This document shows positions 55,611 to 64,000 of a stretch of DNA of 64,000 nucleotides, piece by piece. The stretch is from assembly GCA_038998335.1 (NCBI GenBank), contig JAVZHQ010000002.1, forward strand, positions 9,575 to 73,574. Reading direction: 5' to 3'. The notes beneath the pieces were generated by a model that saw only the letters and a list, made by a program, of their open reading frames with translations, was not told the DNA's origin and did not search any database. Position numbers and translations under genes: made by a program. This DNA is from Candidatus Aenigmatarchaeota archaeon (GTDB lineage Archaea; Aenigmatarchaeota; Aenigmatarchaeia; CG10238-14; SCSR01). How positions within the stretch are numbered: the first letter of the stretch is position 1; every line of letters begins with the position of its first letter.

Positions 55611-57403
55611 TATTTTCCACCCATTATAGAAGCTAAAACTTTTTCTGGAGAAGTGTAGTACATGTTAAAAACATTATAAACATCTTTATATCGAGTTATA
55701 TTCTTTTCCATCATCCAGTTTAAAACAACCATTCTTCTTTCTAGTTCTTCCTTTACTTGTTGCTCAGTTAGTCCCATAAATTCAGCAATTTTCTTCAGAG
55801 TCATGCTTTTGTTAACAACAACAATTTTATCTCTACTGGCATCCCACTTGAAAACTTCATTAACTATAGGCTCTTTTGTTTCAGGGTCTATTCCGATTAT
55901 CTCTACAATCTGATTAACTTTCCTGACATGTTTTTCTCTATACCTTACTCTTAATAGGAAAACGACTAAATCTAAACTTCCTATCAAGCTAGCAGGTAGA
56001 GAAATTGGAGGAGTTGTCAACCTATCTATAAGCTTATTAATATTTTCTGCATGGATAGTTGCTAAAGAAGGATGTCCAGTTGCCATTTCTTGGAAAAGAA
56101 CATAAGCTTCTCTTCCTCTTACTTCGCCAACAACTATGAAATCGGGTCTTTGTCTTAAGCTCTCTTTTAACAAATCGAACAAATCTATCTCTCCTCTTAA
56201 CTTTCTATCTTCAGTTCCTATAGCAGTTCTCGCAACGTAAGGAACCCAGTGCGGATGAGGAAGTTTAAGCTCAGGAGTATCCTCTATTGAAACTATTCTT
56301 TTTTCTGGTCTAATGAAAAGCGAAAGCACGTTAAGTAAAGTTGTTTTTCCTGAGGCAGTTCCACCAGCAACTAGAATACTTCTTCCAAAGTCAACAGCAA
56401 GCCAAAGAAAAGCTAAGGATGGGATATCAATAGTATTATACTTAAGAAGATGGATTGGTGTTAAAGGTTCTATCGTAAACTTTCTTATGGTAAAGTTTGA
56501 GCCTCTTCTTGCTATATCCGTAGCCAAAGCTGCCTGAACTCTACTTCCGTCAGGAAGTGAGCCACCAACGAGTGGAGTAGCTACTGATATAGATTTTCCA
56601 CAAAGCTGAGCAAGTCGATGAATAAAGGAATCTAGCTCGTCAGGGTCTTCAAAAACAATATTAGTTACTATCGAACCTAGCTTGGGGTTTCTGTGAAAAA
56701 CAAATATAGGAATTCCTACCCCATCACAACTTATATCTTCTATGTTTTCATCTTCCATCAAGGGCTCGATTCTTCCTAAACCTATAAAGTCTCTTTCTAT
56801 GTAATACCTGATGATAAGTTTTTCTTTTTCGCTTACTTCTATTTTATAATAACTTAGCAAATCGTCTATAGTTTTATAAAGATAATTCTTCATTTCAAAT
56901 TTTTTCAACTTTCCAAACTCTATATCAAGCTTTTCTTGGATTAGCTCTTTAAGCTTTTTAATTGTTTCTTTCAATCTATCGGTTAGCTCAGGTTCGATGA
57001 CTTGATAAATGTATTTGTTTAAAGAAGAGTCCCAAAAAATTTTTGCATAGGCAAAAACAAGTTCGTCCTTTTGAGGCTTTCTTGGTATTAAAGGATAAGC
57101 TAAAGTGATTTTTCTCCTTTCTTCTTCTGTTAAAGGAATTTCCCCTATTTCAATCTTTTCTGGTATAAACTCTGGGATTTCTATTCCGTCTAAAAGTTTT
57201 GGTTTTTCCACAGGTTTTTTCTCTTCCTTTTCTTCAACTTTCTCTTCCTTTTCTTCAACTTTCTCTATCTTTATTGGAATTGTGATTGGAGCTAAGCCTT
57301 GCAAACCTAGTTGAGAGGGCAAAACCTGAATTCCTTGTTTACTCATGTATTTTTTATAACCTTCTCTTGCCCTTCTTAAAAAGTTTCTTAAAAGCTCGAC
57401 CAT
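55610..57403 (-). CDS. FlaI/ArlI/TadA-like secretion ATPase with a ~150-aa K/E-rich N-terminal extension
   Basis: Walker-A GGTASGKTTLLN, then VSIEDTPEL and a His-box region. The N-terminus contains a (KVEEKEE)x2 repeat. Confidence 0.85.
   Translation of the reverse strand: MVELLRNFLRRAREGYKKYMSKQGIQVLPSQLGLQGLAPITIPIKIEKVEEKEEKVEEKEEKKPVEKPKLLDGIEIPEFIPEKIEIGEIPLTEEERRKITLAYPLIPRKPQKDELVFAYAKIFWDSSLNKYIYQVIEPELTDRLKETIKKLKELIQEKLDIEFGKLKKFEMKNYLYKTIDDLLSYYKIEVSEKEKLIIRYYIERDFIGLGRIEPLMEDENIEDISCDGVGIPIFVFHRNPKLGSIVTNIVFEDPDELDSFIHRLAQLCGKSISVATPLVGGSLPDGSRVQAALATDIARRGSNFTIRKFTIEPLTPIHLLKYNTIDIPSLAFLWLAVDFGRSILVAGGTASGKTTLLNVLSLFIRPEKRIVSIEDTPELKLPHPHWVPYVARTAIGTEDRKLRGEIDLFDLLKESLRQRPDFIVVGEVRGREAYVLFQEMATGHPSLATIHAENINKLIDRLTTPPISLPASLIGSLDLVVFLLRVRYREKHVRKVNQIVEIIGIDPETKEPIVNEVFKWDASRDKIVVVNKSMTLKKIAEFMGLTEQQVKEELERRMVVLNWMMEKNITRYKDVYNVFNMYYTSPEKVLASIMGGK
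57220..57266. repeat. 21-bp tandem repeat (2.2 copies) in the ATPase N-extension
   Basis: tctcttccttttcttcaactt appears twice, followed by a partial copy; it encodes the EKVEEKE repeats on the minus strand. Confidence 0.8.
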
Positions 57404-57404
57404 A

Positions 57405-57815
57405 TTATTCTACCATTAATTTATTTTCTATTTTGCTAAATGTTAAAGTTAATGGTTTTGTTGATATAGCACTACCTTCTGAATCAATAGAAGAGTTCAA
57501 GTTATGTAAGGAAAAAAGGTACCTTCTTCCGTCTACTAAAATTATCTCCCAAACTCTGCCTGCTTTAATTATAAACTCATAGCTTGTCTTTGAGCTAGTT
57601 ACTATTCTAGAATAATCACATTCCTTACAGGAATTTTTCAAAGTTATGGCTACAGAAGAAATGTAATCGCTTGTTAACTTTGCGTTTCTATAAGCTAATT
57701 CGCTAGTAAAATAATCTGATTGTGCTCTGAAAAGACTGCCTATGCCTAGAAATACTATAAAACCTACGACAAAAAATATAACAAACTGAAGTATGTAAGT
57801 CTGGGCTTTTTTCAT
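57405..57815 (-). CDS. archaeal type IV pilin-like protein
   Basis: N-terminus MKKA-QTYILQFVIFFVVGFIVFLGIG: class III signal peptide with K-A|Q. 136 aa. Confidence 0.55.
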   Translation of the reverse strand: MKKAQTYILQFVIFFVVGFIVFLGIGSLFRAQSDYFTSELAYRNAKLTSDYISSVAITLKNSCKECDYSRIVTSSKTSYEFIIKAGRVWEIILVDGRRYLFSLHNLNSSIDSEGSAISTKPLTLTFSKIENKLMVE

Positions 57816-57817
57816 TT

Positions 57818-58450
57818 CTACCCAAAAAGTATTTGGACTTCTGTGATAATCAATTTATTGGTTTGATCAAGCTTTGGCTCGCCTAACCTTGAGATTCTTA
57901 TGGCATTACCAGTAGAAGTAGTAGAAGAAGGGTCCCTTGGTAGAAGTCTTATTTGATGAATTTTCCCGTCTTCTGTAAGGTTTCTAAACCATATTCTGTA
58001 GGTAATAGTAAAACCGTCTCCTGAGCTATCAGCCTTAGCTAGAACAACACTTGCATCGTCTAAACCCAAGTACCCTGGAGAAATAGTGCTTGAAGTCTTA
58101 AAAGGTATCCAGCCTATGTCAGGAGCTATGTTTGTTTCTTTGCTCCAGAAAGCAAATTCGATGGAATTGTTTTGAGGCCCAGAATAATCGTAAGGATAAA
58201 GTCTCCATGAACCACTAACCTCAGAATTGAAAGTTTCTTCCCCACCATTTCTTGCTATATTTTCAATTTTTTTAACTAAGGAATTTGAATTTTCTCTATC
58301 GAAATAGCTAGCAACTTTTTCCACATTTGCAACTCCTTGCTGTTTTTGGATGATTGGCATTCCCCATAAGTAAGCTGAGGTTGTTAGAGCTGCTGCTAAA
58401 AGAATGATAATGACAGCAGTAACCACATCTGTTTGGGCTTTTAATCCCAT
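57818..58450 (-). CDS. archaeal type IV pilin-like protein (probable major pilin)
   Basis: N-terminus MGLKA-QTDVVTAVIIILLAAALTTSAY, sharing the KAQT processing motif with the neighbouring pilin. 210 aa. Confidence 0.55.
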   Translation of the reverse strand: MGLKAQTDVVTAVIIILLAAALTTSAYLWGMPIIQKQQGVANVEKVASYFDRENSNSLVKKIENIARNGGEETFNSEVSGSWRLYPYDYSGPQNNSIEFAFWSKETNIAPDIGWIPFKTSSTISPGYLGLDDASVVLAKADSSGDGFTITYRIWFRNLTEDGKIHQIRLLPRDPSSTTSTGNAIRISRLGEPKLDQTNKLIITEVQILFG

Positions 58451-58453
58451 AAT

Positions 58454-58918
58454 TTACACTTTTACAGGCTTAGTGTATAAAGCTGGTCTAGTTATTACCG
58501 GTCTCTTAAGCTTTTCGCTTATTTCACTTAGAACATTTAATACTGACTGATTATTTTCTATAATTTTTTGGTTTTGCTCTATGAGTTTTTCTATTTTTTC
58601 AGTTAAAGGCTTAAAGGAAGGTTGAGTTTCTTCTGGAGCAGAAGCTTTTATGTAATTCAAAAGCTCGTTTAAATTCTCTATTAGTTCGTCCATTCTTGCT
58701 GGTAGTTTAGAAATTTCTATTCTTAGAGCATCATTAGCCTTTGCAAGCTCATCTACTAGCTGCTGATTTATTCTAACTATTTCTATTATCTCTTTAAGCA
58801 TTCCTTTACTGTCAGTAACTCCTATCGAGCTTTCTAATTGCTCGATTCTTCTTTCTAGCCTTCTTAAGGGAGATAAAGGAACTATTTCAACTTCTTCTGT
58901 AGCCTCATCGCTAACCAT
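58454..58918 (-). CDS. coiled-coil protein heading the pilus operon
   Basis: 154 aa, predicted all-alpha with heptad-like repeats. It is the first gene of the minus-strand cluster. Confidence 0.4.
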   Translation of the reverse strand: MVSDEATEEVEIVPLSPLRRLERRIEQLESSIGVTDSKGMLKEIIEIVRINQQLVDELAKANDALRIEISKLPARMDELIENLNELLNYIKASAPEETQPSFKPLTEKIEKLIEQNQKIIENNQSVLNVLSEISEKLKRPVITRPALYTKPVKV

Positions 58919-58971
58919 TAATTCACCTAACTAAATATTTCTTTTAGAAATTAATAAAAGTTATCTTAAGC

Positions 58972-60621
58972 TTATACTTCTTCTTCACTGGGCGTTGGTG
59001 TTGAAGGTGCAGCTTTCTCAAGCTTGCTTGCTGCTATAACATCATCTATTCTCAATATCATCTCTGCAGCTTCTGCAGCTGATTTTATAGCTTGTAGCTT
59101 TACTTTTAATGGTTCTATAACTTCCATCTCTTCCGCATCCCTTACCTTTCCGTTGAAAATATCTAGGCCATAATAAGTTTTTCCTTGCTCGTGAGCTGCT
59201 CTTAGCTCGACAAGCATGTCTATCGGATCCAAACCTGCATTTTCTGCTAAGCTTCTTGGTATAACTTCCATAGCATCTGCAAAAGCAAGTATTGCTAATT
59301 GCTCTCTACCAGAAAACTTTTCTGCAAACTTTCTTAACCTTCTTGCAATCTCTGCTTCTGGTGCTCCAGCCCCAGGGATCACTTTCCCTAGCTCAAGAGC
59401 AGAGGCTACTGCTCCTACTGCATCTTCCACACTTCTGTCAACCTCGTCAACAACATGCTCTGTACTTCCCCTTACTAGAATTGTTACTGCTTTTGGATCT
59501 TTGCATTCGCGAACAAAGGTCATGGCTTCTCCTGCAATTTTCTTTTCTTCAACAATCTTTGCAAAACCTAAATCTTCTGGAGTCAAGTCATCTAAGTTAG
59601 TGACAATTCTTCCTCCTGTAGCTTTTGCTAGAGCTTCCATGTCTGAGCGTTTAACTCTCCTGCAAGCTAAAATTCCTTCTTTCGCAAGATAATGTTGAGC
59701 TAAATCATCTATTCCTTTCTGGCAAAAAACAACGTTTGCTCCACTTGCAACTATTTTCTTTACCATATCTTTTAGCATTTTCTGCTCTTGCTCTAGAAAA
59801 GCTTGCATTTGCTCAGGAGAGGTTATCCTAATCTCAGCATCAGTTTCTGTTTCCTTTATTTCTAGAGCACAATCTAGTAAAGCTATCTTAGCATTTTTAA
59901 CTACTTTTGGCATTCCTGGATGAACTACTTCTTTATCTATAACAATTCCTTTTATAAGTTCTGTATCTTCTGAAGAGCCTCCATGCTTCTTTTCTCTTTT
60001 TATATTTTCCCTGTTAACAACAATCTTTCCGTTTTGCACTTCTGCTACTGTTCTTACTGCTTCAACAACAAGCTCAGCTATTTTTGGTGAAGCTTTTTCC
60101 ATCGATTTCCCAGACATTGCTGTGATTGCAATTTTTTTCAAAATTTCTTTATCTTCGAGGGAAACGGGTTTTGCTATTTCTTCAAGAATCCTTAAGGCTT
60201 CGTCTTTAGCGATTCTAAAACCCTTTGTTATAACTGTTGGATGAATTTCTTGGTCTAAAAGCTCTTCTGCTTTTTTTAGAAGTTCGCCAGCAAGAACTAC
60301 TGAAGTTGTTGTACCGTCGCCTACCTCTTCATTTTGCGTTTTTGCAACTTCTACCATCATCTTTGCTGAAGGATGCTCTATTTCCATTTCTTCAAGTATA
60401 GTTACTCCATCGTTTGTTATTACTATATCTCCAACAGAATCCACTAGCATCTTGTCCATTCCTTTTGGGCCTAATGTAGTTCTTACAGCATCTGCAACTG
60501 CCTTAGCTGCAGCTATATTATTTCTTTGAGCATCTCTTCCAACAGTCCTTAAAGTGCCTTCAGGCAATATCAAGACTGGTTGCCCACCCAACTGACCAAT
60601 TAAAGCTTTTCCGTTAGTCAT
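58972..60621 (-). CDS. ths: thermosome (group II chaperonin) subunit
   Basis: Motifs [27 protein letters not shown] and VPGAGAPE, with a GGM-free acidic tail. 549 aa. Confidence 0.9.
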   Translation of the reverse strand: MTNGKALIGQLGGQPVLILPEGTLRTVGRDAQRNNIAAAKAVADAVRTTLGPKGMDKMLVDSVGDIVITNDGVTILEEMEIEHPSAKMMVEVAKTQNEEVGDGTTTSVVLAGELLKKAEELLDQEIHPTVITKGFRIAKDEALRILEEIAKPVSLEDKEILKKIAITAMSGKSMEKASPKIAELVVEAVRTVAEVQNGKIVVNRENIKREKKHGGSSEDTELIKGIVIDKEVVHPGMPKVVKNAKIALLDCALEIKETETDAEIRITSPEQMQAFLEQEQKMLKDMVKKIVASGANVVFCQKGIDDLAQHYLAKEGILACRRVKRSDMEALAKATGGRIVTNLDDLTPEDLGFAKIVEEKKIAGEAMTFVRECKDPKAVTILVRGSTEHVVDEVDRSVEDAVGAVASALELGKVIPGAGAPEAEIARRLRKFAEKFSGREQLAILAFADAMEVIPRSLAENAGLDPIDMLVELRAAHEQGKTYYGLDIFNGKVRDAEEMEVIEPLKVKLQAIKSAAEAAEMILRIDDVIAASKLEKAAPSTPTPSEEEV

Positions 60622-60651
60622 ATCATCCCTCCTATTGAATCAGAAATCTTA

Positions 60652-60673
60652 AATGTGTATGTGGGTATACAAG
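60652..60673 (-). promoter_or_regulatory. conserved 22-nt element at -54..-33 of the thermosome start codon
   Basis: On the minus strand it reads CTTGTATACCCACATACACATT; it contains the palindromic GTATAC and a TGTAT...ATACA inverted repeat. Confidence 0.5.
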
Positions 60674-60683
60674 TATTTAAGCT

Positions 60684-61595
60684 TTACTCTACCTTTTCTT
60701 CCATTAATTTTTCTAATTCTTTTACACTCTCTATTTCAGGAATTTCTGATTCTAAGATTATTGGCACTTCTTCCACAGATTTTTTTTCACATTTTTTCGC
60801 AACAAAAGCACATCTTGAAGAAAAAAGAAAAGACATTCTTTTAATAGAGATAGCATCTTTCTCTATTTTTTTTGTATTTTTAGAAAGGCTTACTATCATT
60901 GAAAATTTTTCTCTTCCAACAATCTCAAAAGGAGCAGAATAAGTTGGGCTGTTAGTTAAACCTATTCTTGAAAACTCTTTAGAAACTTTTTCTTGAAATT
61001 CATTTTTTGGCTTAAGATAGGCTGGTTCGCAAGCTTTAAGCTTGAAAGGAGATTTTAAATCAACTTTAAGAACTCTTTCCAAACTTCTTACAGTCTCTAA
61101 GGAAGGGTTAACTTTTTTGTTCTCTATTTCATATAAAGCCTTTTTTGTTACTCCAACTAACTTTGAAAGTTCTTCAAGAGTAAAACCTAATTCTTTCCTT
61201 CTGCTTTTCAAAATTTCAGCATCTATCGGAACTACGTGCTTTCCTTTTGTAGCTTCTATTTCTGGAACTTCTTCTTCTAGAAATTTTTCAAAAAAATAAG
61301 GGGTAATGACCGGTAAGTTAAACCTTGAATAGATTATTTCTTTTTTCAAGAATTCTCTGTTTGTTTTTAATGAAATTACTAAAGGGTAAGCAGAGAGAAA
61401 GTATGAAATTGTTTTTAAGCTTAAGGCTTGCTCTTTTGTTAGACCATCTATATTGATTAAAGCTTTTATTAGAAGTAAAAACTCTTTTTTTGCTGCTATG
61501 TCAAAAGCTCCCTCACTAACCAAAACTTGAAATCTACGAGAAAGCAAAGAATTAACTATTTTTTCAATCAAAAAAGATTTATTAAACATTTGCAT
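60684..61595 (-). CDS. HTH (XRE-type) transcriptional regulator
   Basis: 303 aa with a central HTH, LGFTLEELSKLVGVTKKALYEIENKKVNPSLETVRSLERVL. Confidence 0.6.
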   Translation of the reverse strand: MQMFNKSFLIEKIVNSLLSRRFQVLVSEGAFDIAAKKEFLLLIKALINIDGLTKEQALSLKTISYFLSAYPLVISLKTNREFLKKEIIYSRFNLPVITPYFFEKFLEEEVPEIEATKGKHVVPIDAEILKSRRKELGFTLEELSKLVGVTKKALYEIENKKVNPSLETVRSLERVLKVDLKSPFKLKACEPAYLKPKNEFQEKVSKEFSRIGLTNSPTYSAPFEIVGREKFSMIVSLSKNTKKIEKDAISIKRMSFLFSSRCAFVAKKCEKKSVEEVPIILESEIPEIESVKELEKLMEEKVE

Positions 61596-61627
61596 CCAAA
61601 TAATTATTGATAAAGAAAAGGTTAATA

Positions 61628-61648
61628 AATGTGCATGTAAGTATACAA
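61628..61648 (-). promoter_or_regulatory. second copy of the 22-nt element, at -54..-33 of the HTH regulator start
   Basis: On the minus strand it reads CTTGTATACTTACATGCACATT, matching the thermosome copy at 19 of 22 positions at an identical offset. It also abuts the 5' end of the tRNA at 61649 on the plus strand. Confidence 0.5.
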
Positions 61649-61742
61649 GGGCCTATAGCTCAGCCTGGTTAGAGCAATCGCCTTATATGGCTCGCTTTCG
61701 TGAGAAAGCGATAGGTCGAGGGTTCAAATCCCTCTAGGCCCA
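61649..61742 (+). tRNA. intron-containing tRNA, predicted tRNA-Ile (anticodon TAT/UAU), with a 19-nt canonical-position intron at 61688-61706
   Basis: Acceptor GGGCCTA/TAGGCCC+A; T-arm GAGGG-TTCAAAT-CCCTC. The BHB has the anticodon stem ATCGC/GCGAT coaxial with a 4-bp helix CTTA/TGAG, flanked by 3-nt bulges TAT and AAA. This places the splice site between positions 37 and 38 and gives the loop CTTATAA. Confidence 0.65.
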
Positions 61743-61782
61743 TAAATTAACCTATAAATCTCTTTTCCTTAGTAATTTAATT

Positions 61783-62034
61783 ATGGTAAAAATAAAAATG
61801 AATTGGTCTGGAGTTTTATATGGTGGTTTCGGATGTGAACTTGCTTTGTGCGGTGCGATTGCTGCTTCTTCGTCAAATGACATCTTATGTAAAATAGCTG
61901 GCATTACTCTTGTTGTTTCAGGTTCCATGATTGCGTATGCTGGTTTTGTTGAAGACACTATGTATGAAAAGTATAAACTACATGAAGCACTTTATAAAGG
62001 CTTAAAAAATTTATATAAAAAGTTGATAAGATAA
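61783..62034 (+). CDS. small membrane protein
   Basis: 83-aa ORF with two hydrophobic helices. Its strand is ambiguous, because a 68-aa ORF also lies on the minus strand here. Confidence 0.3.
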   Translation: MVKIKMNWSGVLYGGFGCELALCGAIAASSSNDILCKIAGITLVVSGSMIAYAGFVEDTMYEKYKLHEALYKGLKNLYKKLIR

Positions 62035-62069
62035 CAGTGTAACTATTTTTACTTCTCTTATATTTTCTT

Positions 62070-63086
62070 TCAGACTACAATGCTCATAAATCCTTCTGCT
62101 ATTAGAAAGTAAATTGCTAAAGTTAATATATCGCTTAGCAAGGTTGCTAAAGGTCCGGTTGCTATTGCCGGGTCTTTCCCAATTTTTTTGAAGAAAAGGG
62201 GTAAAAGACTTGAAACCAAAACTCCAGCAAACATCCCAACAAATAATGCTGTTCCAACTATACAGCTTAATAAAAAATTTCTCCACCCTACTAAAGCGAT
62301 TAAAGCAAGTGTTAGAGAACAAACAGAAGAAAGAGCAAGAGTAACTTTAAGCTCTCTTATCATGTAAGACTTAACAGAAAACTTTGGGTCTAAAGCTATA
62401 CTCCTTACTATCAAAGTTTCTGATTGGGTTCCTATGGAATCTGTTATGTAAACCATAACTGGAATGAAAGAAGCCAAAGCAAGGAAAACGCTTAAAACAC
62501 TCTCAAAAAAAGTTACTATTGAAGCTGCTATAATTCCGCCAAAAATTCCTACTAAAAGCCATGGAAGCCTTGATTTAACCATGTGCTTAGCAGGAGATTT
62601 TATTGTTGTATATTCCTTCCCTACTTTGTGAAACAAACCGCCAAACTTAAAAATATCTTCTCTTACTTCCTGATTAAAAATTGTTAGAATTGTATCATAA
62701 GGAACTACTCCAAGCAAATGATTTTTCTCGTCTACTACAGGAACTGCTTTTATTCCTTTTGAAAGAGCAAGATAAACTATCCTTTCCTGATGAGTTCTTG
62801 GATGAACAAAAACCAAATCTTTTTTCATGATGTCTTTAGCTTTCAGTCTTTTATTTTTAGCTTTCATAAGTTCTTTAATGGAAAAAACTCCACAGAGGAC
62901 TTTTTCTTTATCTACAACGTATATATAATCCAAAACCTCAAATTTTTCTGCATCCTTAGTTAAAATTTTCTTAACCTCTTCTAAAGAAGAATCAACGCTA
63001 ACTATAGGAACTTCTTTTATCATTAAAGATTCTGCAGTTTTTAAACTTTTTTGCTCCATTAAACTCTTCAAAAATAATTTCTTCAA
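62070..63086 (-). CDS. mgtE: MgtE-like divalent-cation transporter (CBS pair plus TM domain)
   Basis: An N-terminal tandem CBS region followed by 5 TM helices. 338 aa. Confidence 0.65.
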   Translation of the reverse strand: MKKLFLKSLMEQKSLKTAESLMIKEVPIVSVDSSLEEVKKILTKDAEKFEVLDYIYVVDKEKVLCGVFSIKELMKAKNKRLKAKDIMKKDLVFVHPRTHQERIVYLALSKGIKAVPVVDEKNHLLGVVPYDTILTIFNQEVREDIFKFGGLFHKVGKEYTTIKSPAKHMVKSRLPWLLVGIFGGIIAASIVTFFESVLSVFLALASFIPVMVYITDSIGTQSETLIVRSIALDPKFSVKSYMIRELKVTLALSSVCSLTLALIALVGWRNFLLSCIVGTALFVGMFAGVLVSSLLPLFFKKIGKDPAIATGPLATLLSDILTLAIYFLIAEGFMSIVV

Positions 63087-63139
63087 TCTTACTTAAAAAC
63101 TTGCTTAAATTAATAAAAGCAAAAGAATAAAAAGAGAGT

Positions 63140-63514
63140 ATGGAAATAAAAGAAGCTTTTGGAAAAGTTGTTAACCTTTCTCACAAGAGTTTGGAAAAAG
63201 CGCTTGAGGTTTTAGAGTTAACCAAAGATAAACTTGAGAAAAACATAAAAAATAAGAAATTCCTAATTCCTCATAAAAACTTTGACTTAATAATCGATTA
63301 CAAACCAAACTCAAAACAAATCGTTCTTTATTTAACTCCAAAAAAATGGAGTAAAAAGTTGTTAAAAAGCTTAAAAGAAGGGAACGAATTTAAGTCTATG
63401 GTTGTTCTTTTAGGAAATACAAAAATTCTTAAAAGTGATTTTGACATAAGAATAGGTGCTTTTGGTATTCCTAGCTCTGAACTCGTAAGAGCAGTGATTC
63501 AGCATAAATCATAA
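63140..63514 (+). CDS. hypothetical protein
   Basis: 124-aa ORF. Confidence 0.4.
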   Translation: MEIKEAFGKVVNLSHKSLEKALEVLELTKDKLEKNIKNKKFLIPHKNFDLIIDYKPNSKQIVLYLTPKKWSKKLLKSLKEGNEFKSMVVLLGNTKILKSDFDIRIGAFGIPSSELVRAVIQHKS

Positions 63515-64000
63515 AGATTTTTCTATTAGCTCTAAAATTGTTTTAGGCAGCAAATCTCTATTTTTCTCTGTAACTTCTATAATTTCACCAAAATCTTTAA
63601 ATTTCCCAACAAAATTTCTATGCAATACTGCAACTAAAGGTTTTTCTGAAAGAAGAACTTGCGTGAGTTTTTCTCTAAACTTTTGACTGAAAAATTCCAT
63701 CTTCCCTATTTCGTCTATTGCTATTATATCACATTCTTTAAGTGCAAAATCAACTGCTTTTAAAGCGATTCTCTCGAATTCTTCTAAGTTTATCCCATAA
63801 CTTCCAAGCATCGGACCAATTTTTATGTCTTTGCTTGCTAGAATTCCAACTTCATTAGAGTAAATATCTTTGACGCAAAAGCCAACTCTTCTTCCCCCTT
63901 CCCTTATTTCAGGAGTAATGAAACCACCAACTCTTCTTCCTTTTTCTTTAAGTGCAGATACAACTTTCTCTAAAACAGCTGACTTTCCACTTCCAGATTT
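63509..64000 (-). CDS. THEP1-like nucleoside-triphosphatase, partial (N-terminus beyond the window end)
   Basis: The reading frame is open to the window edge. My translation gives KSGSGKSAVLEKVVSALKEKGRRVGGFITPEIREGGRRVGF...IAIDEIGKMEFFSQKF, i.e. a Walker-A and a DEIGKME Walker-B characteristic of THEP1/MJ1559-type NTPases. The track shows only the part downstream of the internal Met. Confidence 0.6.
   Translation of the reverse strand, partial: KSGSGKSAVLEKVVSALKEKGRRVGGFITPEIREGGRRVGFCVKDIYSNEVGILASKDIKIGPMLGSYGINLEEFERIALKAVDFALKECDIIAIDEIGKMEFFSQKFREKLTQVLLSEKPLVAVLHRNFVGKFKDFGEIIEVTEKNRDLLPKTILELIEKSL

Noticed and set aside
59216-59692. Two plus-strand ORFs (158 aa and 102 aa) inside the thermosome gene
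   Set aside because: They are antisense to a highly conserved chaperonin. Their S/A/L-rich translation is non-protein-like.
61752-61958. 68-aa minus-strand ORF downstream of the tRNA
   Set aside because: It overlaps the equally weak plus-strand 83-aa ORF, and neither has supporting motifs. Only the plus-strand ORF is listed, at low confidence.
1-64000. CRISPR arrays, rRNA genes, transposases/IS elements
   Set aside because: I found no regularly spaced short direct repeats, no rRNA-like GC-rich conserved blocks, and no DDE/HUH transposase motifs. The only mobile element is the ileS intein.

Overview
This is a 64-kb window from an AT-rich (roughly 30% GC by eye) archaeal chromosome with tight gene packing and lysine/glutamate/isoleucine-rich proteins. 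My guess, from composition and gene content, is a small-genome (DPANN/Nanoarchaeota-like) archaeon. Archaeal identity rests on archaeal-type LeuRS and ProRS, IleRS, thermosome, aIF5B, proteasome beta subunit, aCPSF1, HerA/Mre11/Rad50, a FlaI/TadA-like pilus ATPase with archaeal-type pilins, and tRNA introns that fold as bulge-helix-bulge (BHB) motifs.

Housekeeping content:
- Six aminoacyl-tRNA synthetases: leuS, a compact bacterial-type alaS, an intein-containing ileS, hisS and proS.
- purF, guaA, map, an M29 aminopeptidase, rhomboid, mgtE, a PINA-like PIN-ATPase-KH protein, and a THEP1-like NTPase cut by the window end.
- Four tRNA genes: Arg-TCT; His-GTG with an encoded G-1; Arg-CCT with a 25-nt intron between positions 33 and 34; and a tRNA with a canonical 19-nt intron and a predicted UAU anticodon.

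Two accessory-looking regions stand out:
- 45.0-52.2 kb: a GC-rich, probably horizontally acquired tail-fibre-like secreted protein flanked by a 33-bp direct repeat, followed by two giant paralogous Cys-rich surface proteins that share a C-terminal anchor module and by small thiol/disulfide-type membrane proteins.
- 52.2-58.9 kb (minus strand): a Tad-like type IV pilus operon with four pilin-like genes, a FlaI-like ATPase carrying a K/E-repeat N-extension, and a platform protein split into two genes. A second giant N-glycosylation-sequon-rich surface protein sits at 25.9-29.3 kb.

Other notable items:
- an orphan LysW-type amino-group carrier protein with the C-terminal EDWGE motif;
- a 22-nt near-identical promoter element placed at exactly the same offset upstream of the thermosome gene and the adjacent HTH regulator;
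- loss of the second His of the HIGH motif in both LeuRS and IleRS;
- a 457-aa LAGLIDADG intein splitting the CPRC knuckle of IleRS.

No rRNA, CRISPR array or transposase was seen.
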